Source: a candidate division WOR-3 bacterium
Lineage (GTDB): Bacteria; Hydrothermota; Hydrothermia; LBFQ01
Reading direction: 5' to 3'
DNA: 64,000 nt
Assembly: GCA_039802605.1 (NCBI GenBank)
Contig: JBDRWW010000008.1
Span: 1-64,000, forward strand
A program made the translations under genes and the position numbers. Below the pieces are notes generated by a model. It worked only from the letters and a program-made list of their open reading frames with translations. It made no database searches and was not told where the DNA came from. Of the stretch, positions 20,142-30,609 are shown one piece after another (position 1 is the stretch's first letter; each line of letters opens with the position of its first letter).

Positions 20142-21429
20142 CGTACAAATTGGGTAATAAAACCGTTTTTCCCTTAAAGTTCTCCCGTAAGGATTCCCTC
20201 GCCTCGTCTTCACCATGCACCAATATCAAAACATCCGGGTTGGCCACTTTTATCCATTCAACCAAATCATCCTTACCCGCATGCGATGAAAATCCGTTAA
20301 TGGTATAGATTTTTATATTCACATCGTACCAATTTCCCAAGATATAAACTTTCTTCTCGCCATCCAATATTCCCCTTCCCAATGTACCCTTTGCCTGATA
20401 ACCCACAAAAATCAAGGAGTTGTTTGGATCTTCTATCATATGCTTTAAATGGTGTATAGCCCTTCCCCCCGTTAGCATTCCCGAACCCGCCAATATTACC
20501 AAACCCGTGCTTATACCGTTAAGCCTTTTTGATTCTTCGACGGTTTTTGTGATGAGGAGGTTTTTCATTTTAAAGGGATTTCCCCGTTTTACCATTTCCC
20601 CCATCTCTTCGTCGTAGCATTCCGGAAACCTTAGGAACTCTTCCAGAATCCTTTCGGCCAACGGACTATCAAGGACGACCTTCCACTCAGATGGCCATAA
20701 AAGATTATCCTCCCAAAGTTTGAAAATATAGAGTATTTCCTGCGCCCTTTCAAGGGCAAATGTGGGTATTAGAACCTTTCCATAAGGTAAGGTTTCAAAA
20801 ATTGCCTTTTTCAATTCTTCTATGGACTCCTTTATCGGCTTGTGATTTCTATTACCGTATGTTGATTCGCATATAAGTATATCCGTTTTGTCGGGCGGTG
20901 AAGGGTCTCTTATTATGGGCTTGTTTTTATTCCCCAAATCACCGGAAAAGGTAAATCTTTTACCCTTATACTCAAACTCGTAAAATGCCGAACCGAGAAT
21001 ATGACCGGCATCCTTAACCCTAAACCTTAAACCGTCTATCTCGTATTCCCGGTTATATTCAACGAATTTTACGGGTAATTGCAAAGTCTTTTCCAAATCC
21101 TCTAAGGAATAAAGGGGATTGTCCTTGTCCATAACCTCATAAGCATCCGATAATATATGCCGAACCAACGACCATGTGGCCCTATGGGTGATAACTTCAC
21201 CCTTAAAACCGTTTTTTACGAGAACGGGCAACCTCCCAACATGGTCAAGGTGGGAGTGTGTTAAAAATATGTATCCTATTTCTTCAATACCTTCGGGAAC
21301 CTCAGTATTTTTTTCCTCGTAATCACCCTGAAAATAACCCGCATCTACTAAGAACCTTTTTTTATCAATTTCAACCATATGCATTGAGCCCGTAACGCAA
21401 CCGGCCGCACCGTAAAACCCGATTTTCAT
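20125..21429 (-). CDS. MBL-fold beta-CASP ribonuclease
   Basis: THSHLDHVG, AGHILGS, ESTYGNR, SGMLTGG, GYQAKGT, FSSHA. Confidence 0.93.
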   Translation of the reverse strand: MKIGFYGAAGCVTGSMHMVEIDKKRFLVDAGYFQGDYEEKNTEVPEGIEEIGYIFLTHSHLDHVGRLPVLVKNGFKGEVITHRATWSLVRHILSDAYEVMDKDNPLYSLEDLEKTLQLPVKFVEYNREYEIDGLRFRVKDAGHILGSAFYEFEYKGKRFTFSGDLGNKNKPIIRDPSPPDKTDILICESTYGNRNHKPIKESIEELKKAIFETLPYGKVLIPTFALERAQEILYIFKLWEDNLLWPSEWKVVLDSPLAERILEEFLRFPECYDEEMGEMVKRGNPFKMKNLLITKTVEESKRLNGISTGLVILAGSGMLTGGRAIHHLKHMIEDPNNSLIFVGYQAKGTLGRGILDGEKKVYILGNWYDVNIKIYTINGFSSHAGKDDLVEWIKVANPDVLILVHGEDEARESLRENFKGKTVLLPNLYDEYEF

Positions 21430-22541
21430 ATTTTACCATTTATTATTTCTTCCGCCCTTTTCCTCGCCCAATCATCCGCCTCCAAATACTCGGAAAATTT
21501 CTTTGCGTTTTTAAAGGGGTTTTCCTCCATTACCCTTTCAACCACATCCGTTATCCCGTAAAAACCTATCTTCCCTTCCAAAAAGGAATACACCGCAACC
21601 TCGTTTGCGGCGTTCAAAACGGCGGGATATGTTCCCCCCAATCGTAAGGCCTTGTAGGCCAAATCCAAAGCTGGGAACTTTTCCTTATCAACGGGTAATA
21701 GTTCAAGGTTCCCGTAATCAAAAGGTTCAATCTGTGTTTCAACCCTTTCGGGATATGTTATAGCGTACTGTATTGGTATTCTCATATCGGGTTTGCTTGC
21801 GTGGATTTTTAAGGAGTTGTCCCTCAACAAAAGTATGGCGTGTATCACCGATTGGGGGTGTATTCTTACATCTATTTCTTCGGGCGATAGGTCAAATAAA
21901 AAGTGGGCTTCTATCAATTCAAGGCCTTTGTTCATAAGGGTTGCGGAATCTACGGTTATCTTTTTACCCATTTTCCAAGTTGGGTGTTTTAGAGCATCTT
22001 CCGGTTTTGCCCTTTCTATTTCTTCCCTTTTCCAATCCCTAAAAGGCCCACCCGATGCGGTTAATATCAGTTTTTTAACCTCATCCCTCTTTACGCCTTG
22101 AAACAACTGAAATGCGGATGAATGTTCCGAATCCACGGGTATAAGTTCCCCAAATTTTACCACTTCCTTAACAAAAGGGCCAAAAGAAACCAATGTCTCC
22201 TTGTTTGCGAGGGCAACCCTTTTCCCGGATTTTAAAGCCTCTATCGTTGGGAAAACCCCAATTGTTCCGTTTGTGGCAACTACAACAACATCCGCATCCG
22301 GAAGCGTTGAAATCTCAATTAAACCATCTTTACCGTAATAAACCTCCACACCCGAAGGGGGTTCGGCCTTTCCCGTAATGGCTACCTTCTTCACGCCGAA
22401 TTCTTTAACTATTTCCGCCAAGGTTTGGGTGTTGTCATGAACGGATACGGCTAAGAGGTTTAGGTTTAGCTTTCTTATAACATCTAAGGTTTGCCTACCT
22501 ATGGAACCGGAAGCCCCGAGTAATACTATGTTTTTACGCAT
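21426..22541 (-). CDS. dxr: 1-deoxy-D-xylulose-5-phosphate reductoisomerase
   Basis: LGASGSIG, LANKE, PVDSEH, TASGGPFR, HPTWKMGKKITVDSATLMNKGLE. Confidence 0.98.
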   Translation of the reverse strand: MRKNIVLLGASGSIGRQTLDVIRKLNLNLLAVSVHDNTQTLAEIVKEFGVKKVAITGKAEPPSGVEVYYGKDGLIEISTLPDADVVVVATNGTIGVFPTIEALKSGKRVALANKETLVSFGPFVKEVVKFGELIPVDSEHSSAFQLFQGVKRDEVKKLILTASGGPFRDWKREEIERAKPEDALKHPTWKMGKKITVDSATLMNKGLELIEAHFLFDLSPEEIDVRIHPQSVIHAILLLRDNSLKIHASKPDMRIPIQYAITYPERVETQIEPFDYGNLELLPVDKEKFPALDLAYKALRLGGTYPAVLNAANEVAVYSFLEGKIGFYGITDVVERVMEENPFKNAKKFSEYLEADDWARKRAEEIINGKI

Positions 22542-24259
22542 ATACCCAATTCCTTTAACTGCTCCTCGCTTACCTCGGATGGTGCGTTTTCAAACAAAGC
22601 AACACCGTTTGCGCTTTTTGGGAAAAGTATAACTTCCCTAATGGATTCCTCACCTGCGCACATAGCAACCATCCTGTCTATTCCGAGGGCTATGCCGCCG
22701 TGGGGTGGAGCACCCATTTCAAGGGAATACATTAAAAACCCAAACCTCTCGTTTATATCCTCGTCCTTCAAACCTATAATCCTCAAAAGCCTCCTCTGTA
22801 AATCCGCATTATGAACCCTTATTGATCCGGAACCCAATTCAACGCCGTTTATAACCAAATCGTACTGCTTCCCCCGAATTTTTAGCGTCAATTCCTCTAA
22901 TTCTTCCGTACTTCCCGTCTTAATCGCGTTTTCAACCCTTTCAAGTAGTTGCAAATCTTCCTCATAAGGGGAGGTAAATATGTGGTGTGCGGGTTCTATC
23001 ACGTTTTCCTCTTTGTTCCAATAGAATAATGGGAAATCCACAACCCAAAGCCCAGCCCAATGCCGTTTCTTCTCCAAAAACTCCTTACAAATTATATTCC
23101 TGAAATCTCCCAAACCTTCCAAAAATTCCAATCCCTTGCCCGCAAAGACAAAAAGGGTTTTACCATCGTTTTCCCGGATTTCCTCCTCGTTTAAAAACTT
23201 GGAGAAGTTTCCCGAAGCCTTACCATTTTCAATTTTCGCATACATAAACCTAAAATCTTCCAATAGTTTGTCTATTCTGCTTCTCGGAATGTTGGAGGGA
23301 ACCCTCAAAACCTTCACCTTTCCACCGCTTTCTATAATGCTTTCAAAAACCCTTATCCCCCTCCCCTTTACCCTTTCCGTCCAATCCTCGTATTCAACAT
23401 CATACCTCAAATCCGGCTTGTCCGACCCGTATTTTTCCATACTATCAAGATATGTTATAACCGGCAATGGGGACTTTAAATCCGCATTGCCAAACCTATT
23501 AAAAACCTCTACTACCAGCGGCTCAACGGTTTTTATAACATCGTATATTTCCGAAACAAAGGACATTTCAACATCCAACTGAGTAAATTCGTATTGCCTA
23601 TCCGCCCTTAAATCCTCATCCCTAAAACACCTCGCTATTTGGAAATACTTGTCAAAGCCGGCGGCCATTAAAACCTGTTTATATAGCTGTGGTGATTGTG
23701 GCAATGCGTAAAATTTACCCTTATGCAGCCTTGAAGGTACCAAAAAATCCCTCGCCCCTTCCGGTGTGCTCTTTGTAAGTATCGGTGTTTCCATTTCTAT
23801 AAATCCAAGGTTTGCCATATAATTCCTTATAAACAGGATGATCTCGTGCCTCAGGATTATATTTCTTTGCATCTTAGGCCTTCTCAGGTCTATAACCCTA
23901 TGCCTTAACCTAGTATCCTCATGTACATCAATTTTATCCTCGGGTAAAAAGGGTAGGGGTTTTGTGGTATTTAAAACCTCCCAGTTCAATGCATATATTT
24001 CAACATCACCGCTTTTCATTTTTGGATTTACTTCTTCCGTAGGCCTTTTCCTAACCTCACCCTCAACCTTCAACACATAGCCCAATGCAACATTTGGCCT
24101 TTTCCCCTCAAAAACTACCTGAACATCTCCGTACCTATCCCTCAAAACCACAAAGTTTAACTTACCTATTTCCCTTAAAGATACCACCCATCCCGCCACA
24201 ACAACCCTTTTGCCAACCAATTCCCCATTTATCTCTCCGCATGTATGGGTTCGGTGCAT
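22526..24259 (-). CDS. aspS: Aspartate--tRNA ligase
   Basis: MHRTHTCG start, TPEGARDF, ALPQSPQ, CFRDEDLRADRQ, PPHGGIALG. Confidence 0.97.
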   Translation of the reverse strand: MHRTHTCGEINGELVGKRVVVAGWVVSLREIGKLNFVVLRDRYGDVQVVFEGKRPNVALGYVLKVEGEVRKRPTEEVNPKMKSGDVEIYALNWEVLNTTKPLPFLPEDKIDVHEDTRLRHRVIDLRRPKMQRNIILRHEIILFIRNYMANLGFIEMETPILTKSTPEGARDFLVPSRLHKGKFYALPQSPQLYKQVLMAAGFDKYFQIARCFRDEDLRADRQYEFTQLDVEMSFVSEIYDVIKTVEPLVVEVFNRFGNADLKSPLPVITYLDSMEKYGSDKPDLRYDVEYEDWTERVKGRGIRVFESIIESGGKVKVLRVPSNIPRSRIDKLLEDFRFMYAKIENGKASGNFSKFLNEEEIRENDGKTLFVFAGKGLEFLEGLGDFRNIICKEFLEKKRHWAGLWVVDFPLFYWNKEENVIEPAHHIFTSPYEEDLQLLERVENAIKTGSTEELEELTLKIRGKQYDLVINGVELGSGSIRVHNADLQRRLLRIIGLKDEDINERFGFLMYSLEMGAPPHGGIALGIDRMVAMCAGEESIREVILFPKSANGVALFENAPSEVSEEQLKELGICVKT

Positions 24260-25349
24260 AAGTAGGAATTGTAAGGAAGACATTCTCCCAACATTTAACC
24301 GACTCCTCAACAAAGGTTTTAACCGCCCAATCCTTTAAAACTTTACCGATTTCAACAACCCTTTCCCTTGATGACAGCAAATCCCTTAACCTTTGAGTTA
24401 AACTTTCAAAGTTTCCACAGTGTAGGTTAAACCTTTCTAAAACCTCCATATTAACATAAAGGGTTAAAACCGGTGTTCCGCATAAAAAGGCCTCTATAAT
24501 TACATTCGGTATACCTTCGCTTTCGTAATTAGCGGTATGAACCAAAATCCACGATTCTCCCAAGAGTTTTAAAACCTCCTCCCTTTCCATCTTTCCCAAG
24601 AATTTCAGGTTATCGGGTTTATCCATTATCAATTTTTCGTCTCCGTATCCAACCATTAAAAACTCGTATTCCGGAAATATTTCGGCCAATCTCAAAAATA
24701 CCCCCGGATTTTTGTTCTCATCAAATCTCCCAACCCATATAACCTTCGGTTTTTCGGATTTATCCGGAACATTTTCGGGTAATTCCTGTATATTTTTGCA
24801 CATCCTAACATCCTTCCACCAAAACCTCCTTTCCGCCTTTGCCCTTTGCTCCTCGTTTTGAGCCACAACAACATCACACCCTTCCAACCCTATGTTTATA
24901 ATAACATCAAGTAGCAAACCAAAGGGGAGTAGGTATTTTTTTCTGTTGTAAAGAAACCTTGAAAACTTTAAAAAATCTACCCCCTCCAAGGCATTTGAAC
25001 TCCAAACGAACTTTGAAGATATAAGGATTTTTGACAAAAAGCCAACGAATGTTAAAGAACTCCTGCCCCTTTGGAATACGCACACCGGTTCTAATTCCAA
25101 AACCCTTTTTAAGAATATGGGTATCTTTTGTATTTCAAACCTAGGGTTTGGGAGGTAATGAACCGTTAAACCATCCTCATCCACAACCTTCCAAACCTTA
25201 CCTTTATCGCTTGTTGATACCAAAAGGTGGGTCTCTGCCTTTTTCGAAACAACCCTTGCTATGTTATACACCTGCAAATGCGAACCGGTTATAAAAGCGC
25301 TCTTGTCATAAGGATGGAAATCCGATAAAAAAACGAACCTACCCCGCAA
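24162..25349 (-). CDS. Glycosyltransferase family 4 (GT-B)
   Basis: WVGR...KNP and EGIPNVIIEA (EX7E) motifs. Confidence 0.88.
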   Translation of the reverse strand: MRGRFVFLSDFHPYDKSAFITGSHLQVYNIARVVSKKAETHLLVSTSDKGKVWKVVDEDGLTVHYLPNPRFEIQKIPIFLKRVLELEPVCVFQRGRSSLTFVGFLSKILISSKFVWSSNALEGVDFLKFSRFLYNRKKYLLPFGLLLDVIINIGLEGCDVVVAQNEEQRAKAERRFWWKDVRMCKNIQELPENVPDKSEKPKVIWVGRFDENKNPGVFLRLAEIFPEYEFLMVGYGDEKLIMDKPDNLKFLGKMEREEVLKLLGESWILVHTANYESEGIPNVIIEAFLCGTPVLTLYVNMEVLERFNLHCGNFESLTQRLRDLLSSRERVVEIGKVLKDWAVKTFVEESVKCWENVFLTIPTYAPNPYMRRDKWGIGWQKGCCGGMGGIFKGNR

Positions 25350-26004
25350 TTTTCCTCTTTATCCTTTTTAAAGTTTGTAAAGGATCTTTATCCTCCGTTA
25401 TTTCCCTACCCAAAACTATAACATCGTCTTTCCTCATCCATTTTAAACTTTCAATTCCTGTGGCAAAATGATGGTCATCCATTTCCCTTTTAATCCTAAC
25501 ACCCGCAACCACTAGGTTTAAACCTTTAAAGTTCTTTCTTATATACCTCGCCATTTTCCCCGGAACGACCGCACCCCAAGCACCGGTTTCGGCCGCAAGC
25601 CTACACAGGTTTATAACAACCCCCTTTGCACCCTTTTTAAAGATCCTACCCGCCCAATCCTCCGAAATACTCGTCATTAATGTCACTACGGCTATGTTTA
25701 AATCCGGACGCTCATCTATTGCCCTTTTTATCATATCGTATCCACCTAAGCCGTTTAGGGTTAGAAGTTCAACTTCGGGAATTTCTTTAAGCGATAGGGA
25801 CACAACGGAGGGAATATCGCTTAGTTTTAAATCCAGAAATACTTTAACACCATCCCTTATGAGGGCCTCAACCTCATTTTTCCCCTTCCCCAAATATAAA
25901 GGCAGACCAACCTTAAACATATCGGCCTCTTCCCTTAAGCTTTCAACAATTTTAATCGCATTCTTCCAATCGTTTGTGTTAAGGGCTATACATATACGGG
26001 TCAT
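25339..26004 (-). CDS. pyrF: Orotidine-5'-phosphate decarboxylase
   Basis: FKVG, FLDLKLSDIP (DxKxxD), VTLMTS, GVR, LGREI; start moved to ATG 26004. Confidence 0.85.
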   Translation of the reverse strand: MTRICIALNTNDWKNAIKIVESLREEADMFKVGLPLYLGKGKNEVEALIRDGVKVFLDLKLSDIPSVVSLSLKEIPEVELLTLNGLGGYDMIKRAIDERPDLNIAVVTLMTSISEDWAGRIFKKGAKGVVINLCRLAAETGAWGAVVPGKMARYIRKNFKGLNLVVAGVRIKREMDDHHFATGIESLKWMRKDDVIVLGREITEDKDPLQTLKRIKRKIAG

Positions 26005-26842
26005 ATTCGTAAATTTTTGCATAAACTTCTCCCAATTCCAAAACCTTGTCAACGAAGGCCTCGGGTAGCAATTTGATCTCCCCCTTAGTCTTAATTACAA
26101 CACCTATAAATACCCCCTTGTATCCAACGGCTGGAATATATACACCGCCTTTGGTATAGAACACGCTCATCCATATACTCGTATCCTTATTTATAAGTTT
26201 TTTGGTCTCCTCAACACCCTCTTTCCCGGTAAATTCCCTTGGTTTTATGAAGAAGGGCAGATTAACACTTAAAGCCACTATATGATCTACCGGAACCATT
26301 TTGGCCTCTTCCTCGGGAAAATCTTCCAATTTTATTTCTTTGATGCCATTCTCATAGGAAAAGCCCAATATAATCCTCCCCAATATTACGGAAATGGCCT
26401 TATTGCCACTTTGTAAGAAGAATGTGTTTTTTGGCAAAGAGGATTTTAATTTTTTAACATCATCCGCTGACAAAACTTTGGGAATTCCTACGGGCATTTT
26501 TAGGAGCATTTCAACTTCCTCCCCCGTCGGTATCCTTTTGCCAATATTTTCTAATTTTGATAAATCCCTAAAAACTATCTTGTGGATTATTTCCTCGTTG
26601 GGTATAAACACTTTAACGGGTGCATCGGTTAAATCGTATTTCCTAACAATACCCTTTGGCCATTCAAATATTTTTTCAAGATTATCCAAGGATGAACCCC
26701 AAGTACTTTCCAAGCCTATTATATTGCCATCCTTCATATACAAAATCACAACACCGTATCCCCTATCGGGTGGGGGGATTATATGAAATTTACCGCTTTC
26801 CTTCCTTTTTGAGGCAAAATACAAAATCACAGAAGGGTTCAT
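25979..26842 (-). CDS. Hypothetical protein, N-terminal DUF4388/PatA-N-like domain
   Basis: G.F.I...G.V.LY.KDG.I......G...L..I..W.KG pattern. Confidence 0.45.
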   Translation of the reverse strand: MNPSVILYFASKRKESGKFHIIPPPDRGYGVVILYMKDGNIIGLESTWGSSLDNLEKIFEWPKGIVRKYDLTDAPVKVFIPNEEIIHKIVFRDLSKLENIGKRIPTGEEVEMLLKMPVGIPKVLSADDVKKLKSSLPKNTFFLQSGNKAISVILGRIILGFSYENGIKEIKLEDFPEEEAKMVPVDHIVALSVNLPFFIKPREFTGKEGVEETKKLINKDTSIWMSVFYTKGGVYIPAVGYKGVFIGVVIKTKGEIKLLPEAFVDKVLELGEVYAKIYEYDPYMYSP

Positions 26843-26896
26843 TACACCATATATTATAAGGGCGAGTGGGAAACGCCTAAGAGGTTTTAGTTCTAT

Positions 26897-28525
26897 TCAC
26901 CTGATTATAACCTTGTAAATTCTATCGGTTTTCACCATATATACGCCCTTTGGAAGTTTAACCTTCCCGCTGCCTTCAAATATTAACCTACCCTGAGGTG
27001 TGTATATCTTTGCATTGGTATTCAGGATAACGGTATTGCCCTTAATATTAAAAGGCTCTTTGGATATATGCCTTTCCGATACCGCGATGGAAGTTATTAT
27101 ATCGGCCCTTGACCTCGGTAAGAGTTGGTATGTGGTTCCGTATTGCCCCACTATTCCTATAATTGAAACGCTGCCGGTTGGTATAGCCATACCGGGTATA
27201 TCCGTATCCGCATCTATCCTTACCACCAAGTTGTCTATACCGTCGGTTACCTGATAGTTTGTATTACCCGTAAATGTTCCACTTGTAGTAAATTGCACAT
27301 TGTCAATCCTTACAAGCATACCCTCGTATGTTTCGCCTATATCCGCAATTGTTAAAACCAACGGCGAAGGTACCCCAACAAATGAAATCGTACTATAAGC
27401 CCTAAGGTTAATTAGTTCCCTTAAATTGAAATATGTGGTTAAAATGCCCGCAACGGCTACCGCCTTCCCCAAAGATGTATCCCCAAGATAGTCGTTGTGA
27501 AAGTTTATATCAAATACCGCTATGCCCCCAAAGTTTGAAGAAAATGTCGGATAATCCTGAATGTATTCAGGCCTGTTAAAAGTGTTTGCCGTTAATACAC
27601 CCTTAACCTGAACCGTATCGCCATCGGATAACATCCTGGCCTCATAAATCGTTTTAAACCCTTGAACAACATAATATACAGGCGTTATGGTTGAATCCCC
27701 AGCATTATCCTTTGCCACACCGTAAAACTTCGTCTTTGAGTAAAAGTTTGGCGCGGGTATCGTTGCAACATACACACCGGCGGTATCCAAAGTGGCGCTT
27801 ACTACCGTTGGAGTTGAGGAGTTATACCAGTAATACACATAAACCCCAGTTATGCTACCGTCGGAATCCGTTGCGCTGAAATACACATTTACGCTTTGGT
27901 TGCTATCGGGGTTTAACGGGTCAAAGGATAAAAGGCTAATTGAAGGCGGGTTGTTTGATGCCGAATTATATACCCTAACAACATCAAGCCAGAAGTATTT
28001 ATTAGTGCCCGGAGAACCACCATCGTTTGCGTTTTTAAACCTGAACCTTATTTTTATGCTGGTCCCGTCGTACGCATCAAGGCCTATTAATACCCGCCTC
28101 ATGACGTTTATCGTGTCCCCACCGGCATTAATAAACCATACAGGGGTGGCAAGGCTTGGATCCCCATTTGGTAAAACATCAACAAAAACCGTATCGTTAG
28201 GCCCCATATTGCTCGAAGATTGGCTAAAACGGAAGTAAAAGGATAGGGTTTCGGGCCCCGCGTATGTTGAAAGATTTATAAGGGGTGATGTTAATGTTAT
28301 TTGCCCGGCACCCGCCGATGATGTATCGCTTACCAAGACCCTAGCATAGTAAGAGCCAAAATCCGGACCAGGCGATGTTGAGTAAGCATTTCTGGACCAA
28401 AAAACCCTTGCCGTCCTCGTTGTATCCCATCCGCTGGGTGGAACGGAAACCTCAAACCCTTCGTCCAACAAATACGCACCGTATAATGGGAACGAAACCA
28501 AAAGCATTAAAGAAAACCTTTTCAT
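26897..28525 (-). CDS. Secreted multidomain protein (beta-sandwich, Ig-like, OB-fold pair) with T9SS-CTD-like tail
   Basis: Signal peptide, EGFE..VPPSGW, TVQVKGVLT..YIQD, YEGMLVRI, GIVGQY...YQLLPR, tail IYTPQGR...PKGVYMVK. Confidence 0.65.
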   Translation of the reverse strand: MKRFSLMLLVSFPLYGAYLLDEGFEVSVPPSGWDTTRTARVFWSRNAYSTSPGPDFGSYYARVLVSDTSSAGAGQITLTSPLINLSTYAGPETLSFYFRFSQSSSNMGPNDTVFVDVLPNGDPSLATPVWFINAGGDTINVMRRVLIGLDAYDGTSIKIRFRFKNANDGGSPGTNKYFWLDVVRVYNSASNNPPSISLLSFDPLNPDSNQSVNVYFSATDSDGSITGVYVYYWYNSSTPTVVSATLDTAGVYVATIPAPNFYSKTKFYGVAKDNAGDSTITPVYYVVQGFKTIYEARMLSDGDTVQVKGVLTANTFNRPEYIQDYPTFSSNFGGIAVFDINFHNDYLGDTSLGKAVAVAGILTTYFNLRELINLRAYSTISFVGVPSPLVLTIADIGETYEGMLVRIDNVQFTTSGTFTGNTNYQVTDGIDNLVVRIDADTDIPGMAIPTGSVSIIGIVGQYGTTYQLLPRSRADIITSIAVSERHISKEPFNIKGNTVILNTNAKIYTPQGRLIFEGSGKVKLPKGVYMVKTDRIYKVIIR

Positions 28526-28603
28526 AAGATGGGTATTTTAAGGCCGCTGGGCAAAGTCGCAAGGGTTTTAATTCCACTATACAATATTTACCCGGAAAAA
28601 CCC

Positions 28604-30514
28604 ATGAAAAGGCAATCAAATAGGATAAATTTTAGAAAAGGTCCGAGGTGTTTAGGGCCTATTTCCAACTTGGAGGAACAGGTAAAACCGGATTGGTGGA
28701 GGAGGATTTTCAACTCCATATATCTAAAAACCGACGCGGATGTCGTGGATGACCAGAGGATAACCAAAAGGGAGATAGACCTGTTTTCGGAGATCCTAAA
28801 CCTCTCGCCGGAAGATAGGATTTTAGACCTGTGTTGTGGTCATGGGAGACATTCCCTTGAACTTGCTAGGAGGGGTTTTCGCAATGTTGAGGGTTTAGAC
28901 CGCTCGCATTATCTAATCCAAAAGGCCAAATCTCAGGCAAAAAAGGAAAATTTAAATGTTAGGTTTAGGGAAGGGGATGCGAGAAAACTACCGTATCCAC
29001 CGGATACATTTGATGTGGTTCTAATTTTGGGGAATAGTTTTGGATATTTTGAAACCGTTGAAGATGATTTAAGGGTTTTGAGGGAGGTTTTTAGGGTTCT
29101 CAAACCATGGGGTAGGTTACTCATTGATGTCGCCGATGGTGATTATCTAAGAAACAACTTTCAACCTAGGTCTTGGGAATGGATAGACAAAAAACTTTTC
29201 GTTTGTAGGGAGCGTTCCCTATCAATGGATAAACAGCGTTTAATATCAAGGGAAATAATCACGCATGTTGAGAAGGGGGTTATAGCGGATCAGTTTTATG
29301 CCGAAAGGTTATACACAAAGGAGAGTATTGCGGAACTATTAAAAGAGGCGGGTTTTAGCGATATAAAGTTTCACGGGGAAATATCCCCAAACTCCCAAAG
29401 GAATCAGGATTTGGGAATGATGGAAAGGAGGATTATCGTAACCGCCGTAGCCAGAAAGGAATGGACACCCATTAAAACAAAAAAGAAAAAGGAGATAAAG
29501 AATGTCGTAGTAATCCTTGGAGATCCTACAAAACCCGACCCGTTGAAACCCTTAGGTATCTTTGACGATGACGACTTTTATACCATAGATAAACTAAAGG
29601 ACGCCCTTAGGGAATTAAAGGGTTACAATTTCACATATCTTAACAACCACGATACCCTTATTTCCGACCTTATAAAAATGAAAAACAAAATAGACCTCGT
29701 TTTTAACCTTTGCGACGAAGGTTATAACAACGACCCTAGGAAGGAATTACATGTCCCGGCGTTATTGGAAATCCTTGATATACCGTATACAGGTTCCCCT
29801 CCCCAATGCCTTGCGTATTGCTATGATAAGTCCCTGGTTCGCGGTATTGCAAAAGAAATGGGTATTCCCGTTCCCGAGGCTTACTTTGTAAATCCGGAAG
29901 ACACCGCATTTGAGCTCCCCTTCGGTTTTCCCGTTATAGTCAAACCCAATTTTGGGGATTCGAGCTTTGGGATTACGCAAAAGAGCGTTTGCAATAATGT
30001 AGAGGAATTGATAAATGCCATATCCGACATTAGGGAAAAGTTCGGTTATGATAAGCCGATCTTGGTTGAAGAGTTCCTGACGGGAAAGGATTTAACCGTG
30101 GGAATTATAGGAAACCCACCGGATGACTATACGATTTTACCTATAATTGAAGAGGATTATTCGGCCCTTCCGCCGGATCTTCCAAAGATATGCGGCTATG
30201 AGGCCAAATGGCTCCCGGATTCGCCTTATTGGAAGATCAAATCCATCCCGGCCAACCTACCCGAAAATACGGAAAAGTTTATTGTAGAATGTTGTTTGAA
30301 GCTCTTTGAAAGGTTGGGTTGCAAGGATTATGCCCGTTTTGATTGGAGGCTTGATTCTGAAGGTAATCCCAAACTCCTTGAAGTTAACCCAAACCCGGGT
30401 TGGTGTTGGGATGGCCACCTCGCAAAGATGGCAAATATAGCGGGAATATCCTATGCCGATATGCTAAGAATGATATTGGAGGCAGCGGAAAAGAGGTTAA
30501 ATTTAGCCCGTTGA
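28604..30514 (+). CDS. Class I SAM-methyltransferase fused to D-Ala-D-Ala-ligase-like ATP-grasp domain
   Basis: ILDLCCGHGRH, GDAR, GNSFGYF; then PYTGS, IVKP, SSFGI, LVEEFL.G, ARFDWR, LEVNPNPG; probable start ATG 28604. Confidence 0.85.
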   Translation: MKRQSNRINFRKGPRCLGPISNLEEQVKPDWWRRIFNSIYLKTDADVVDDQRITKREIDLFSEILNLSPEDRILDLCCGHGRHSLELARRGFRNVEGLDRSHYLIQKAKSQAKKENLNVRFREGDARKLPYPPDTFDVVLILGNSFGYFETVEDDLRVLREVFRVLKPWGRLLIDVADGDYLRNNFQPRSWEWIDKKLFVCRERSLSMDKQRLISREIITHVEKGVIADQFYAERLYTKESIAELLKEAGFSDIKFHGEISPNSQRNQDLGMMERRIIVTAVARKEWTPIKTKKKKEIKNVVVILGDPTKPDPLKPLGIFDDDDFYTIDKLKDALRELKGYNFTYLNNHDTLISDLIKMKNKIDLVFNLCDEGYNNDPRKELHVPALLEILDIPYTGSPPQCLAYCYDKSLVRGIAKEMGIPVPEAYFVNPEDTAFELPFGFPVIVKPNFGDSSFGITQKSVCNNVEELINAISDIREKFGYDKPILVEEFLTGKDLTVGIIGNPPDDYTILPIIEEDYSALPPDLPKICGYEAKWLPDSPYWKIKSIPANLPENTEKFIVECCLKLFERLGCKDYARFDWRLDSEGNPKLLEVNPNPGWCWDGHLAKMANIAGISYADMLRMILEAAEKRLNLAR

Positions 30515-30609
30515 TAAATCCAATACTTTGATCTGGCCACCATAAGGCACTTGGAAAGGACAGTAGAAATAGCCAATCTTCGCGTCCGCAAAGATACCAT
30601 ATCTGGTAG

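Noticed and set aside
29500..30514. Calling the ATP-grasp domain ddl
   Set aside because: D-Ala-binding N-terminal motif is absent and it is fused to a methyltransferase
30515..30609. Protein-like open frame between the fusion gene and ahcY
   Set aside because: No start codon or recognisable family
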